Source: an uncultured Victivallales bacterium (lineage in GTDB: Bacteria; Verrucomicrobiota; Kiritimatiellia; UBA8416). Taken from it: DNA of 49,299 nt. This document shows, piece after piece, positions 1 to 10,401 of this stretch. Position 1 is the stretch's first letter; each line of letters begins with the position of its first letter. The position numbers and the translations under genes were made by a program. The stretch is from positions 1-49,299 of the forward strand of contig CAZOXS010000022.1 in NCBI GenBank assembly GCA_964583785.1, given 5' to 3'. The notes below the pieces were generated by a model. That model worked only from the letters and a program-made list of their open reading frames with translations. It was not told where the DNA came from and ran no database searches.

Positions 1-2982
1 ATGAACAGCCCCTGGGCTGAAGCGTCGATCAACGATAACACCGGATGAATCATATCGGCCGGCCAGGCTGAACGAACCAGAGCCATTCCCCGTCATCACC
101 AGGACCGTATCATCATCCCGTTCCAGCACGATAAGGTCATCATCCCCATCGGCGTCGAGATCGGCAACCAACACCCAGCTCGGGGCCTCACCGACCTCGT
201 AGAGGTTCTGAAGCGCCCATTGCGCGGTGATGGTACCGGCAAGAATAGCCACCTGCCCGGGATCTACCGTCTGGAGCGCCACCGCCAGATCGAGATGGCC
301 CTGCGGATTGAGGTTGACGTCGAAATCGCCAACGCCAAAGTGACGGGGGCCGGATCCTGCATTGAAGCCATAGACGGCCTGCACAATCGGATTAACGAAG
401 GCACCTGCCCCGTTCCCCATGTACGTGCGAATGCTGTCATCACCCATGGTCGAGACCGTGACGTCATTCGTCAAATTCTGATCGAAATCCCCGATAACGA
501 TGCAGCTCGGAGCCGTCCCGGCTCCGATCAGCGTTGTTGTCGTCAGCGTGAAGTTGCCGAGTCCGTCGTTCTGCAGCAGGCTCCACGACCCCGCGCCACC
601 GTTGGCAACAACCAGATCCTCGGGAAGCCGCCGATTCAGCAGGGGGTCCTTCGCCGGCCCATACATCGGGGCCGCGGCAATGGAAGTCGGAGCCGCCCCT
701 GGAGGCAGCGCAATGGTGGCGACGACAATCAGTCCCCCAGCACCGTCGCCGTTAAGGATCGTCACCGAGTGGGTGCCTTCATTCGCAACCGCCACATCGG
801 GAATACCATTCGTGTCAAAATCCCCGGCCACCAGGTACGAGGGATTCGCCCCCGCACCAAGCGCAACGGTGGTAACGACGTTTGAGAACGTCCCGTCGCC
901 ATTGCACAGAATAATCGATAGGTCATTACTGTCACCGTTGGCAACCACGATATCGTTCGCGGTACCGTCACCTTTGAGGTCAACGGTGACAACGCCCCTC
1001 GGTGTTGTGCCCACGGGAATAAAGGTGTCCAACCGGAGTGTGCCGTTACCGGTGTTGCGCAGCGTGTCGACTTCGTGCTGCCCGGAATTAGCCACGACCA
1101 CGTCCAGCAACCCGTCTTCGTCAAAGTCGCCCGTTGCCGCCGAAACGGGATGCGCATTCGTGATGGTTGCCGAGAAGAAGCGATAGGGCACCCGGTGGTT
1201 CAATGGATCCCTGACCGGTGCCCCGCCAAACGAAGCCTGCCACAGGTCCCAGGAGTACTCGAATCCGTCATCGAATCCGTCACCGGAGATCTCGCCGCCA
1301 CCGGAGATCTCGGAATCAGTTGAATTTGGAAAGCTCTGATCACCTGTATCCAGAGGATTGGGAACCAGTCGGTAAACCGCCTTTGAGACCCCCTGGTACG
1401 GTGGTGGAATCATCGGCCACGTCGCGGGAACAATTCCGTCAGGTCCGATGTACTCTTCAATATTCACCAAGCCTACGACTGTCCTGTATCCCGTAAAGGT
1501 GTTCCACTTGAAATCCTGGTCCGGGTTGCCCTCTGGGCCATAAGCCAGAGTTGCCCTGATAACCGCCTCGGCATTCTGCTCACTACCCATTACGCTATTG
1601 GTCCCCCCCGGCATGTAGTTGTACTCATAGCCGTCATCCATCCCGTCGAAATCACTGTCTGCATTCAGCGGATCGGCCAGGACCGGCGAGTTCGTGATCA
1701 CCACATACGAGATCTGGTACTCAAGGAGATTCCCGAGCCCGTCGTTGTCGGGGTCACCAAACCTGCCGTGGATGTCAGGATCCGCCGAACTGTCGACCAG
1801 CAGCCCGTTCTGGTTCTCCCACCAGTCAGGAAGCCCGTCCAGATCCTGATCGGTATCCGGATTACCAAATGAGGCACTGACCGTCTTGGACCCGTCCATC
1901 AGAACGCTGTTCGTGGTGGCCACCAGGGCAGCCGCCGTCTGCCCGTCCACATCCCCCCCCCAGGAGAGGAATGCCAGCGTTTCCGGGACGGCAGTCAGCG
2001 CGACCACCGTGCCTTCGGGGTACCAGAAGCCGGTTTCCTCGTCATTCGCCACCCCGGTAGGCGTCGGGTTTACGGTCCCGCCCTCGCTCTGCTTCACGCG
2101 CAGGAAATACTCGACATCCCAATTCCAGGTGATCGTGGTAGCATTGGTAATCGGAACACTGGACATGATATCGCCGACACCGGTGGTCGGTGCACTGCCG
2201 GTACGGGTGAACCCTCTGGTGATATAGCGTTTTCCGGGGTTGACGAGGTCCCCGAACGGGGATGTCACGCTCGAATTGACCAGCGAGCCATACACCACGT
2301 TCGTCGGGCCGCCGCTGAATGGAACCCCACGCAGCAGGGGATTGCCGACCTGGGCACCCAGCGAATTGTTCGAGAAGAGCCTGACGCCCGGATTGCCCAA
2401 ACTCTGGAAATTGGCCTGCACCGCCTTGTCGCTGTTCATTGTCAAATTCGTCGGCGAAGCCGTGCCGGTCAAAGCGCCGCTCCAGCCGGCGAACGTCGAG
2501 CCGGCGGCGGCGGTCGCCGTCAGCGTGACCACGGCACCATCGGTATACATATTCCCCACCGATGGCGGGGTCACATTGACCGTACCGGAACCGGAGCCGA
2601 GGGTCTGCTCGTCTAGATGATAGCGCTGTTCGGCAAAATGCGCAACGACAAGGTAAGGGTCCGTTGGGGCGTCTTGCAGAAACATGGACGTGCTGGCGGC
2701 GTTCGTATTGACGATGTTCATCGTACCAATAGCGGCTTTCCAACCCACAAACATATAGCCGGCATTCGGAACCGCCGTGATTGTCGAAAACTGAGCCACG
2801 TTTGCAGGCATCAGTCCTGCTGGCGAGCTGATTGAGCCCATGGCAGGGGGATCGGCGATCACGGTGACGTTGTTGTACTGCGCCGATGCGGGCACGGCTG
2901 CCAGCACCACCAGTCCCATCCACGCGGTTAATGCTGAAAACAGTCCGATCCGGTGTCCCGTGTCTTTGCTTATCGTCTTCAT
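1..2982 (-). CDS. secreted FG-GAP/VCBS-repeat protein, C-terminus cut by the window edge (994 codons present)
   Basis: The frame is open from ATG (complement of 2980-2982) to position 1; it is absent from the ORF track because there is no stop in the window. My translation begins MKTISKDTGHRIGLFSALTAWMGLVVLAAVPASAQ (signal peptide). It continues with two beta-repeat modules (NAGYMFVGWKA, AGSTFAGWSG), Asp-rich calcium-type motifs (DTDQDLDGLPDWWE, DPDNDGLGNLLEY, DSDFDGMDDGYEY) and at least 6 FG-GAP/VCBS-like units (GDFDEDGLLDVVVAN, GDFDTNGIPDVAVAN, ADLDADGDDDLIVL). Confidence 0.8.
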   Translation of the reverse strand, partial: MKTISKDTGHRIGLFSALTAWMGLVVLAAVPASAQYNNVTVIADPPAMGSISSPAGLMPANVAQFSTITAVPNAGYMFVGWKAAIGTMNIVNTNAASTSMFLQDAPTDPYLVVAHFAEQRYHLDEQTLGSGSGTVNVTPPSVGNMYTDGAVVTLTATAAAGSTFAGWSGALTGTASPTNLTMNSDKAVQANFQSLGNPGVRLFSNNSLGAQVGNPLLRGVPFSGGPTNVVYGSLVNSSVTSPFGDLVNPGKRYITRGFTRTGSAPTTGVGDIMSSVPITNATTITWNWDVEYFLRVKQSEGGTVNPTPTGVANDEETGFWYPEGTVVALTAVPETLAFLSWGGDVDGQTAAALVATTNSVLMDGSKTVSASFGNPDTDQDLDGLPDWWENQNGLLVDSSADPDIHGRFGDPDNDGLGNLLEYQISYVVITNSPVLADPLNADSDFDGMDDGYEYNYMPGGTNSVMGSEQNAEAVIRATLAYGPEGNPDQDFKWNTFTGYRTVVGLVNIEEYIGPDGIVPATWPMIPPPYQGVSKAVYRLVPNPLDTGDQSFPNSTDSEISGGGEISGDGFDDGFEYSWDLWQASFGGAPVRDPLNHRVPYRFFSATITNAHPVSAATGDFDEDGLLDVVVANSGQHEVDTLRNTGNGTLRLDTFIPVGTTPRGVVTVDLKGDGTANDIVVANGDSNDLSIILCNGDGTFSNVVTTVALGAGANPSYLVAGDFDTNGIPDVAVANEGTHSVTILNGDGAGGLIVVATIALPPGAAPTSIAAAPMYGPAKDPLLNRRLPEDLVVANGGAGSWSLLQNDGLGNFTLTTTTLIGAGTAPSCIVIGDFDQNLTNDVTVSTMGDDSIRTYMGNGAGAFVNPIVQAVYGFNAGSGPRHFGVGDFDVNLNPQGHLDLAVALQTVDPGQVAILAGTITAQWALQNLYEVGEAPSWVLVADLDADGDDDLIVLERDDDTVLVMTGNGSGSFSLAGRYDSSGVIVDRRFSPGAVH

Positions 2983-3040
2983 AATCGGTTCCTTGTATTC
3001 CGTATTGCTCTCTAGATTGGTTTGTTCCCCGCGCATAAGC

Positions 3041-3472
3041 TCACTGCTCCCCGGATTGCTCCGCCTCGTCCCTCGCCGCCTGTTTCAATTCCCTCAGGGC
3101 GGCGGCTGCCGCACCGTGTTCCGCTATCGCTTCCGTCTTCCGTTTCTCAAGGTCGGCCAAGGTCGGGTACTTCTCCGCGAGGGTGGCCCGAATCTGCTCC
3201 TGGAGGTGCGCAATCTGCTGGTTCATGGCTTTGAGATCCTCGTCCTGAGTCATCGCGCGATCGCGTATGGCCCGGCTGCGGCGCGCCAGCTCTGTGATCT
3301 CCGCCATGAGACGCTGCATTTCTGATTTCAGGGTCGCCTCGTCCGTCCCGGCAAAGCGGCTTGGCACCTCCGCCGCGGGCTTGGCATCTTCCCCCGCGGG
3401 CTTGGCAGCCTGCGCCATCATAGGCTCCACGAATATCCCCATCAAAACCAAAACCATCAATAAATGTTTCAT
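3041..3472 (-). CDS. small secreted coiled-coil protein
   Basis: ORF 3041..3547 trimmed to internal MKHLLMVLVLMGIFVEPMMAQA (signal peptide). This removes the overlap with the upstream gene, which ends at 3495. The rest is heptad-like and E/A/R/K-rich (MQRLMAEITELARRSRAIRDRA..LQEQIRATLAEKYPTLADLEKRK). Confidence 0.6.
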   Translation of the reverse strand: MKHLLMVLVLMGIFVEPMMAQAAKPAGEDAKPAAEVPSRFAGTDEATLKSEMQRLMAEITELARRSRAIRDRAMTQDEDLKAMNQQIAHLQEQIRATLAEKYPTLADLEKRKTEAIAEHGAAAAALRELKQAARDEAEQSGEQ

Positions 3473-3494
3473 TTTTCTCTCCCTGATAGTGCTC

Positions 3495-6400
3495 TTAAAG
3501 TTCACGCCTAATCCTGTAGAAATGTATCGTCGCCTCCGGTGGCACACTGTTTGTCCAGCTCACAACCCCGGACTGCGAAGCGGTAACCGTCTCCTGGAGA
3601 ACCCACCGGGTAGCCGGCAGGTCCAGGGACATCTCGACTCTGTAGCGCGTACCGGCCTTCGCCTCCCATGCCAGAACGTCACCGGGAGCAGTCGTTTTGG
3701 CACCGGCAATCGCCACGCTCTCGTGCGGCGGGAACGCTACCATTGGATTGATGGCCGCAAGCAATGAGACCCCGTCGTTCACGCCGTCGCCATTGCTGTC
3801 GGAGGCGCCCGGGTTCGAGCCAATCCGGTATTCACCAAGATTGCTCAAGCCGTCGCCGTCAGGATCATCGTCGGCATCCGAGGGATCGCTGCTGTCCAGG
3901 CCGTTGGCCTCTTCCCAGGGGTCACTCATCCCATCGCCATCTGCATCCAGTGTGATATTCAGAAGCTGAACACGATTATTCCAGGTGTCCGCCACATAGA
4001 CGCCGTAGCCATCCAGGCTAGGCCAAACACCCTGCGGCGAACGCAACTGGCCCGGGCCGGATCCCATCTGACCGGAGGGCGGCTTGTAGGCCGCCAGAAA
4101 GACCAGATTCGAGGAGAATACCTGCACGCGGTGGTTGGCGCTATCCGCCACGTACATCCGGCCACCGATGTCAAAAGCCACATCACCCGGACTGGCAAAC
4201 TCAAAACCATTCGTGTCGTTGCTGCCGTCCAGTACCGAGAGGGGCGCTCCCGCAGGCGAGAAGACCTGCACACGGTGATTTTGGGTATCTGCCACGTAAA
4301 TGTGATCATCAGCGCCTACGCACACACCACGGGGGAATCGCAGGAACCCCTCGCCACTGCCCTCCGAGCCCACGATTCCGAGCAAAACGCCAGTCGCAGA
4401 CAGCCTGACCAAGCGGTGGTTATAGGTGTCCAATACCAGGATCTCACCCGAAGCCGTCACAGCCACATCGTAGGGCTGGTCAAAAAGGCCAGCCGCCGTC
4501 AGGGCACTGTCATAACTCAGCGCGCCCGTGGCCGGATCAATCGTCAAGAGAACCACGCGGTCATGCTTCGTATCGGCCACGACCAGGCGGCCGGATGTCG
4601 CATCGAGGTCAAGGCCCTGCGGCCAATTGAGCGTGCCATTCGCTGTCCCCTCGCCAGTATAGGTTGAGAGCAGCGTGTCCAGATCCGCGCTCCACGTCTG
4701 AATGCGGTGGTTCTCTGTATCCGCCACGAAAACGTAATTGCTGCCCCCTTGCGCGACCCGTCCGGGGCGCAGCATCTGCAGGCTTCCCGACCCCAGCTCA
4801 CCGGCTTCGCCGGCCGACGTCCAGGCGGCATCAATCGGTCCAACGGGCACGCGTGCATCGGCACCACGCAGGATATCGTACCCGTCGGGTACGGTGTCCC
4901 CATTGAGGTCACGCGTCATATCGACCGGAACCCCGACCGTCCACGCCCCGAAGTCTATTGCCTGTGACACGGACGTGGTCACGGCAAAGGTGCCCGATTC
5001 CCCATATGCGATGGAGTCGGAGTAGCCCGCGCCATCCCACGCCCGCACGTAAACAACGTCACCGGCAGATAGCGTGTGATTAAATATCTGCTCGAACTGG
5101 CCCTGGTCCGGAGGGGTTGTCGGCCCCACACCAAAGCGGCCGTAGGGAAGCGAGGTGGCCTTGGTGTAGAGGATCCGGTCATCACCTGTCGGGCCGCCGC
5201 CGGCGCCAGGTAGATTGACGACGCCGTCAGCGCCCGCCGAGATGACCTGGAAGTAGCTCGACAAGTCGCCGCCGTCACCGGGCAGCGGACGCGAGGTCCA
5301 ATCCCTGACGCGCTGCGTCGTCTTGGCTGTCAGCGTTACCGAACTGGCGGGGGCCGTGGGCGAGCTTACCGACAGATTCAGATAGTCCGTGCTGAGGTGC
5401 CCCTCCGCGCAACGGGCCGCATGCACCAGGCGTATCGGATTGGAAAGAATGGACAGCGCGTCCGCCAACGTCACCGTCAGCACGGAGCTGGTCCGGATCT
5501 CGCCGGGCGCCAGGTCTCCGTACGTTACCGTTGTCCCGTTCAAGAAACTGATGCCAAGCTCCGCGCTGCTCACCTCGCCGGTCACGCTGTGGCACGTCCC
5601 CGTGGTACCATTGTACAGATCAAAAAACAGGTCCACGGTGGTGCCAGGCCCAACCGTCGACGGTACCATCGAGAACACCCACAACCCGGCGGCACGCTGG
5701 CTCCTGAGACGGACGTCGTCCACATACATGCCATAATCCTCGGTCGATCCGTTGCTCTCAACCCGGAACCGCACCCGCAGCGCGCGATTCGCAAACAGCG
5801 CGGGGTCCAGCACGATCGTCTCGGTTGACCAATAGTGGCTCCGCGGCCACTGATAGGGGCCGTCCGGCGTGACATCGTGCCATCCCACACCATTGAACAC
5901 CTCCACGTAACCGAAATCGTTGTCCGGGGTGATGTAATCATATGTGGGGAAGCGCTCCCAAACCTTGTATGTCAGAATCGGTTGCGCACCCACCGTGATC
6001 TGGCGGCTCTGCACATAGGCATTCATGGAGCCGTAGTAATAGCCATTCAGCACCGTTCCCCAACAGGTACTACCACCGACCAGCGCAGACGCCCCCCACT
6101 CCCAGCCACGCTGCGTGAACTTGAAGTAATCCCCTTCACTGGTCTCCCAATTCGCCGTGCCGGCTTCCATGTCGTCAACGAAATTATCATCGATAAGGGC
6201 TTTGGCATAACGTCCGGGACCGATCGCCACCGCGTTCGCATTGCCCGCCAGATCCTGGACAGCACCCGCAGTGACGCTCACGTCCAGCGACCCGGTTGCG
6301 CCAAGATTCGTGAAGTGGATCAGGTAACGGGGTCCGCTGCCCTCAACCGTGAGGGTGTGCGTCAGATTGCCGGAAACCGTCAGGTCGGTATTTGTCAATC

Positions 6401-9245
6401 CCTGGACCACCTCGTTAAACGCCACCTCCATGGTTACCGTCGCCTCGCTGCTCGAAAGCACACGGATCTGTCCGGTCGGCGGCGCGGTGTCTTCCGGCAC
6501 ATAGTCCGTGTAGAGTATGGCCTGGCCGTCCGCTACCCACATGCTGCCCGTACTTGAGTATTCGCGCCCGATGATCCCCTCGTGATCCTCCACGCCGACC
6601 GTGGCAAACTGATCATACCCGAGCATGTCATAGGCCGCGTTCACATCCAGATACTGGAATATGATATCGTTGTTCCCGAATATGCCCGGCTTCTCCCTGA
6701 TCAGCATCTGGAACGAATAGCGTGCGACATCGCTATCAGGGGCGGCCATATTAATCCAACTGATCACCGTATAACGGTCGGGCAGAATCCCTTCGGTCCC
6801 AATGTACACCCCCGAGCCCTGAACCGCCCGTAACTGCTCCCAGAACGGGGCTGTAATACCATTACGCACGGCGGGATTCGGAATTGACTGCGGCCCGGAA
6901 TCGACGCCTTCATTCAGGAACCCTACCACCCCCTTGGCCGACACATACAGCTTGGGATAGTTCACCTCAAAGAATCCAAAATCGTAGTAGATCTGATACT
7001 CGGAAAGATCATGGTGATAGACCATTGCATGGGATCGCTTGATCGGATCCACCCAGGAGAACGTGGTCGACCTGACCTGATAGTTCTGCCCGTTCCGTAA
7101 ATAGGCATTACGCACAGCGTCATAATTGTCGTCGCTGCAGTCAAAGATGATGGCCTCCTCGTACACACCATCGGAAGTCGCCAGCGCATTGCTCTGCACC
7201 ACCGAGACAACCACCGAGGTGTAACTCATGGGTTGAAGCGTGAAGCTCACCGGCTCAATGGTCAGCCAGTCCACGCCATTGCTGGAGGCCACATTCCACG
7301 ACTGCGTACGCGAGGTGTAGTTTACCACCATGTACGTTTTGTTGCTCGGCGTCATCGGTCCAATCTGAGGGAAACGACAGCCCGTGACGAACGGTTCGTT
7401 CGGGATCACCGGCGGGGCGTCACCGACGCCGCACGCCGCCCACGCTGCTGTGACCGGGATCCAGGCATTCGTCGTAATCCCGGCGTCATCCGTCTGCCGC
7501 GCTGCCGCCAACCAGGCCTCGCGCGCCTCCGGGTACCCCGTGCTCGGCGTGCAATACGCTGTGAGCGTCCGGTACGCGACTTGCTCGGCACCGGCGAACC
7601 CCAGCGGCAGCATGTCGTAGGCGATCGTCTCATTCGTACCGATTCCCCCCTCGCACAGCAGATAGAAAAAGTGGTTCTGCACCCCGCTGTTGATGTGTAC
7701 GCCACCATTGTCGTACCAGGAGCTGGTATCGATCCAGTTCATACCGTAATAGCGCGATGGATGCCCATACCGACTCGGATCACGCATGTCACGGATGGCC
7801 GTAAACGAATTGGTGCCCTCCTCTAAATCCTCTCCCATCAACCAGTCCGAATGCCCTGAAATCTTGTTGGTGTAGGCGGCACGGCCGTCCGGTTGCGCAT
7901 AGAACTCAACCATGGCACCGAAGATGTCGGAGAAAGACTCGTTCAGGGCGCCCGACTCTCCCTGGTAGATCAGGTTGGCGGAGTGCTCGGTCACCGCATG
8001 TGTGAACTCATGCGCCATAACATCCATTACCCCCATTCCCGATTTACCGCTCAGATTATACATGTAGCCAATGAACATCTGCTGCTCAGCCGGACTCCAA
8101 TAGGCGTTGTAGTACACGGGCGCATGAATGTTGGCCCGCGCCACCACGCCGTTGGCGTCAAAACTGTTGCGAGCGTGCACGCTACGGAAGTAGTCCACTG
8201 TTGAAGATAGGTTGTGGGCCGCTGACATCGACACCACATCCGTATCCGCCCAGTCATTGGTGAAACGATGGCAGTACGTATCGCGGTCAGGCCATAAGGG
8301 CGACTTGCTCAGGTTGTAGAGCCCCCAGGTTTGCTCCTCATTCCAAAGGTATGATGCACCCGTCGCGGTGTCAGCCCAGCCGGTGACGGTCTGGGTGCCG
8401 CCACCTTCGCCCGACATGATCTCACCAGAGATCGGCTGATAATCCCCGACCGCCCCGGGGGCGGCGATCTCGTGCCGGTTATCGTAATCCAGAACCACAG
8501 CGCCATTGTTGGCATCCACAACGTAACGCCACTCACCAGTCCCCCCGTTGGGGTGGTCGTAGAGAACGCACACGTGATAAGCCAATACGCGCAAACCATC
8601 ACGCGCCCAGACCACCAGTGTCGTGCCCGCCATGGGCCTTCCACCGGCGAAGCCCCGACCTGCCGCCGCCGCCAGTGCTGCCGTTTCCGCCGCGGCCACC
8701 GTGATGCCGGGTGTCGTGCCCAAAGCCAGATCGGCCACAAAGCGCCCATTCAGCAGGCGGCATCTCCCGTCAGTATCAAAATGGGCAACCACGGTCCCGC
8801 CAATCACCGGGATCCCGCCGTGGCGCTGATTCAGAACGACATGGTGGTACCCGTCCGCATCCTCGACCGCAGGCCGCGAAACCAGCTCGGTCTGAGCATC
8901 CGAAACCCCGTAGATCCCGGACAGCCCAGCCATCACATTGAGCGCACCGCGCGCGTAATCCGGCACCTGCGTCCCGGCCGCGGTCTGCATCAGCGGAACC
9001 GATGTCCGGGCCACCGTCAGCAAGTTCGTTCCGACAAGCATGCCGGGAGCTCCACTCGCCTGGTCCCAACGGATCTCGTCAATTCCGCTCAACAGCCGCG
9101 ACTGCTGCACACGCTGCAACAGCGCGACATTGACTGTCGTGCCAGCCACCGGAGCCTGTGCATAGCCATCCAACGCCATTAACCCAACCAGCACGCAGAC
9201 GACCCACGCGGTCAAACGCTTCATGTAAGGGTCTTTCCCAATCAT
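3495..9245 (-). CDS. giant secreted M4 (thermolysin-family) zinc metalloprotease with Ig-like/beta-sandwich modules, six NHL repeats and TSP3-like calcium motifs
   Basis: 1916-aa ORF. N-terminal signal (MKRLTAWVVCVLVGLMALDGYAQA; alternative start 9224). Propeptide-like GGIPVIGGTVVAHFDTDGRCRLLNGRF. Catalytic VMAHEFTHAVTEH...GALNESFSDIFG and GGVHINSGVQNHFFYLL. Six NHL-type motifs (ENHRIQTW, KHDRVVLL, YNHRLVRL, QNHRVQVF, ANHRVQVF, WNNRVQLL). DADGDGMSDPWEEANGLDSSDPSDADDDPDGDGLSNLGEY near the C-terminus. Confidence 0.9.
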   Translation of the reverse strand: MIGKDPYMKRLTAWVVCVLVGLMALDGYAQAPVAGTTVNVALLQRVQQSRLLSGIDEIRWDQASGAPGMLVGTNLLTVARTSVPLMQTAAGTQVPDYARGALNVMAGLSGIYGVSDAQTELVSRPAVEDADGYHHVVLNQRHGGIPVIGGTVVAHFDTDGRCRLLNGRFVADLALGTTPGITVAAAETAALAAAAGRGFAGGRPMAGTTLVVWARDGLRVLAYHVCVLYDHPNGGTGEWRYVVDANNGAVVLDYDNRHEIAAPGAVGDYQPISGEIMSGEGGGTQTVTGWADTATGASYLWNEEQTWGLYNLSKSPLWPDRDTYCHRFTNDWADTDVVSMSAAHNLSSTVDYFRSVHARNSFDANGVVARANIHAPVYYNAYWSPAEQQMFIGYMYNLSGKSGMGVMDVMAHEFTHAVTEHSANLIYQGESGALNESFSDIFGAMVEFYAQPDGRAAYTNKISGHSDWLMGEDLEEGTNSFTAIRDMRDPSRYGHPSRYYGMNWIDTSSWYDNGGVHINSGVQNHFFYLLCEGGIGTNETIAYDMLPLGFAGAEQVAYRTLTAYCTPSTGYPEAREAWLAAARQTDDAGITTNAWIPVTAAWAACGVGDAPPVIPNEPFVTGCRFPQIGPMTPSNKTYMVVNYTSRTQSWNVASSNGVDWLTIEPVSFTLQPMSYTSVVVSVVQSNALATSDGVYEEAIIFDCSDDNYDAVRNAYLRNGQNYQVRSTTFSWVDPIKRSHAMVYHHDLSEYQIYYDFGFFEVNYPKLYVSAKGVVGFLNEGVDSGPQSIPNPAVRNGITAPFWEQLRAVQGSGVYIGTEGILPDRYTVISWINMAAPDSDVARYSFQMLIREKPGIFGNNDIIFQYLDVNAAYDMLGYDQFATVGVEDHEGIIGREYSSTGSMWVADGQAILYTDYVPEDTAPPTGQIRVLSSSEATVTMEVAFNEVVQGLTNTDLTVSGNLTHTLTVEGSGPRYLIHFTNLGATGSLDVSVTAGAVQDLAGNANAVAIGPGRYAKALIDDNFVDDMEAGTANWETSEGDYFKFTQRGWEWGASALVGGSTCWGTVLNGYYYGSMNAYVQSRQITVGAQPILTYKVWERFPTYDYITPDNDFGYVEVFNGVGWHDVTPDGPYQWPRSHYWSTETIVLDPALFANRALRVRFRVESNGSTEDYGMYVDDVRLRSQRAAGLWVFSMVPSTVGPGTTVDLFFDLYNGTTGTCHSVTGEVSSAELGISFLNGTTVTYGDLAPGEIRTSSVLTVTLADALSILSNPIRLVHAARCAEGHLSTDYLNLSVSSPTAPASSVTLTAKTTQRVRDWTSRPLPGDGGDLSSYFQVISAGADGVVNLPGAGGGPTGDDRILYTKATSLPYGRFGVGPTTPPDQGQFEQIFNHTLSAGDVVYVRAWDGAGYSDSIAYGESGTFAVTTSVSQAIDFGAWTVGVPVDMTRDLNGDTVPDGYDILRGADARVPVGPIDAAWTSAGEAGELGSGSLQMLRPGRVAQGGSNYVFVADTENHRIQTWSADLDTLLSTYTGEGTANGTLNWPQGLDLDATSGRLVVADTKHDRVVLLTIDPATGALSYDSALTAAGLFDQPYDVAVTASGEILVLDTYNHRLVRLSATGVLLGIVGSEGSGEGFLRFPRGVCVGADDHIYVADTQNHRVQVFSPAGAPLSVLDGSNDTNGFEFASPGDVAFDIGGRMYVADSANHRVQVFSSNLVFLAAYKPPSGQMGSGPGQLRSPQGVWPSLDGYGVYVADTWNNRVQLLNITLDADGDGMSDPWEEANGLDSSDPSDADDDPDGDGLSNLGEYRIGSNPGASDSNGDGVNDGVSLLAAINPMVAFPPHESVAIAGAKTTAPGDVLAWEAKAGTRYRVEMSLDLPATRWVLQETVTASQSGVVSWTNSVPPEATIHFYRIRREL

Positions 9246-9880
9246 TTCGACGCTCCTGTTCCGGGGATCTTTTCAGAAACTGAACGCACCCCGTTGGTCT
9301 CGCCTGAGGAGGTCTCCCCCTCGCCTGCTGCCGCTGCTGCAGCGGCAGCGCGCTCGCGTTTAGCCAGCTCATCTTCCACGACCTTCAATCGGCGCAGCGT
9401 AGCCGTTGCGGCTTTCTCAAAGGCCTCGCGCTCGCTGCGCAACACCTGCATGGCTTCGGAGATCGCCTTGACGCGTTCCTGACGGACTTGCACTTCCGGA
9501 TTATTATGGATTCGGGCTTTAAGAGCCTCGCGGACCTCCTGAAGCTCGACTTCAAGCTGCTGGAGTCGCAGTGTCAACGCAGCGGTCTCCTCATCTTCGG
9601 TCACGACATCCGTCAGCGAGCGGTTGGCCTGGGCCGCTTCCTTCAGTTCAAGCCTCAGCGCATTTTGGCGCTCCCCGAACGACTGCGCCGTCATCGAAAA
9701 CCCGCTGGCTTTCTCGCGCAATGCATCCCGCTCAAGAACGAGCGGGTCCGGCGCGGCATCCGCCGCCATCTCCTCGCCTGCCGGCAATGCCTCCTGCGCT
9801 GCACAGAGCGGGACCACAGCCGTCCACAGAACAACTGCCAACAACAGACCGCCGGCCCGCATCGAAATCCCTGTCATCAT
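9242..9880 (-). CDS. secreted coiled-coil protein (paralogous in style to 3041..3472)
   Basis: ORF 9242..9961 trimmed to MMTGISMRAGGLLLAVVLWTAVVPLCAAQE (signal peptide). Long heptad-like region (LRLELKEAAQANRSL..LQQLEVELQEVREALKARI). Its stop overlaps the protease start by 4 nt (9242-9245). Confidence 0.6.
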   Translation of the reverse strand: MMTGISMRAGGLLLAVVLWTAVVPLCAAQEALPAGEEMAADAAPDPLVLERDALREKASGFSMTAQSFGERQNALRLELKEAAQANRSLTDVVTEDEETAALTLRLQQLEVELQEVREALKARIHNNPEVQVRQERVKAISEAMQVLRSEREAFEKAATATLRRLKVVEDELAKRERAAAAAAAAGEGETSSGETNGVRSVSEKIPGTGASK

Positions 9881-10361
9881 GCTCTCCTCCCTATAAAAGC
9901 CATCATACGGACACCGGAAAGACATTCCTGCCGTCAATATAACTGTAGCCCATACTGCCAAAGAATCATCGCGTCTTCAATCTATTTTCGCAAATTTCTA
10001 TACACCGCTCATAACCATCACCAAGAACAACTCATGCGCACCACACGGACACAACGAGCCCGGAGGTCGCATTCACCCAATAAAGTTTCAACATGCATCA
10101 TCTGGCACACCCCAGGATCGAGACCTGTAACTTCATACACTTGTAGCTGCGTTCGCCAGAACGCGGATGGCCCACCCAGGCCGCTCGCGCATTCCGTCCA
10201 CGCTCTGGCGAGCGTAGCGACAACACGTTTCTCATCGGCAGCATTTGGATCACCCCAGCCTTTACAAGCAGCTATCATGCCAACTTGTTGATTGTTGCCT
10301 TTTGGCTCGCCAATACGGCATTTTTGGCTTTCGGACACGATATCCGATTTTAACAACCCCC

Positions 10362-10390
10362 TTGACAAGGCGCATTACTGCGCTTATCCT
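10362..10390 (+). promoter_or_regulatory. sigma-70-like promoter candidate for the AAA+ activator gene
   Basis: TTGACA (10362-10367), 17-nt spacer, TATCCT (10385-10390), about 30 nt upstream of ATG 10420. Confidence 0.35.
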
Positions 10391-10401
10391 ACGCTCATAT
10401 T

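Noticed and set aside
220-2923. Track ORFs 220..885(+), 500..1186(+), 762..1157(-), 1886..2227(+), 2042..2923(-) and others over the first 3 kb
   Set aside because: They have Arg/Pro/Ser-rich, motif-free translations typical of off-frame reading of a high-GC gene. The third minus-strand frame is open across the whole region and encodes a coherent signal-peptide/FG-GAP protein.
10102-10117. TGGCAC words (10102 and 35206) and a minus-strand TGGCAG at ~9949-9954 as sigma-54 -24/-12 promoters
   Set aside because: None has a GC dinucleotide at the required 10-nt spacing after the GG (sequences read TGGCACACCCCAGGAT, TGGCACGCATCCTGAC, TGGCAGTATGGGCTAC). A PWM scan would be needed to find a real site.
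10018-10368. 116-aa minus-strand ORF in the 520-bp intergenic region upstream of the protease operon
   Set aside because: Cys/Trp-rich composition, no RBS or motif, and it overlaps the predicted promoter of the activator gene. Probably non-coding, though an ncRNA in this long spacer cannot be excluded.
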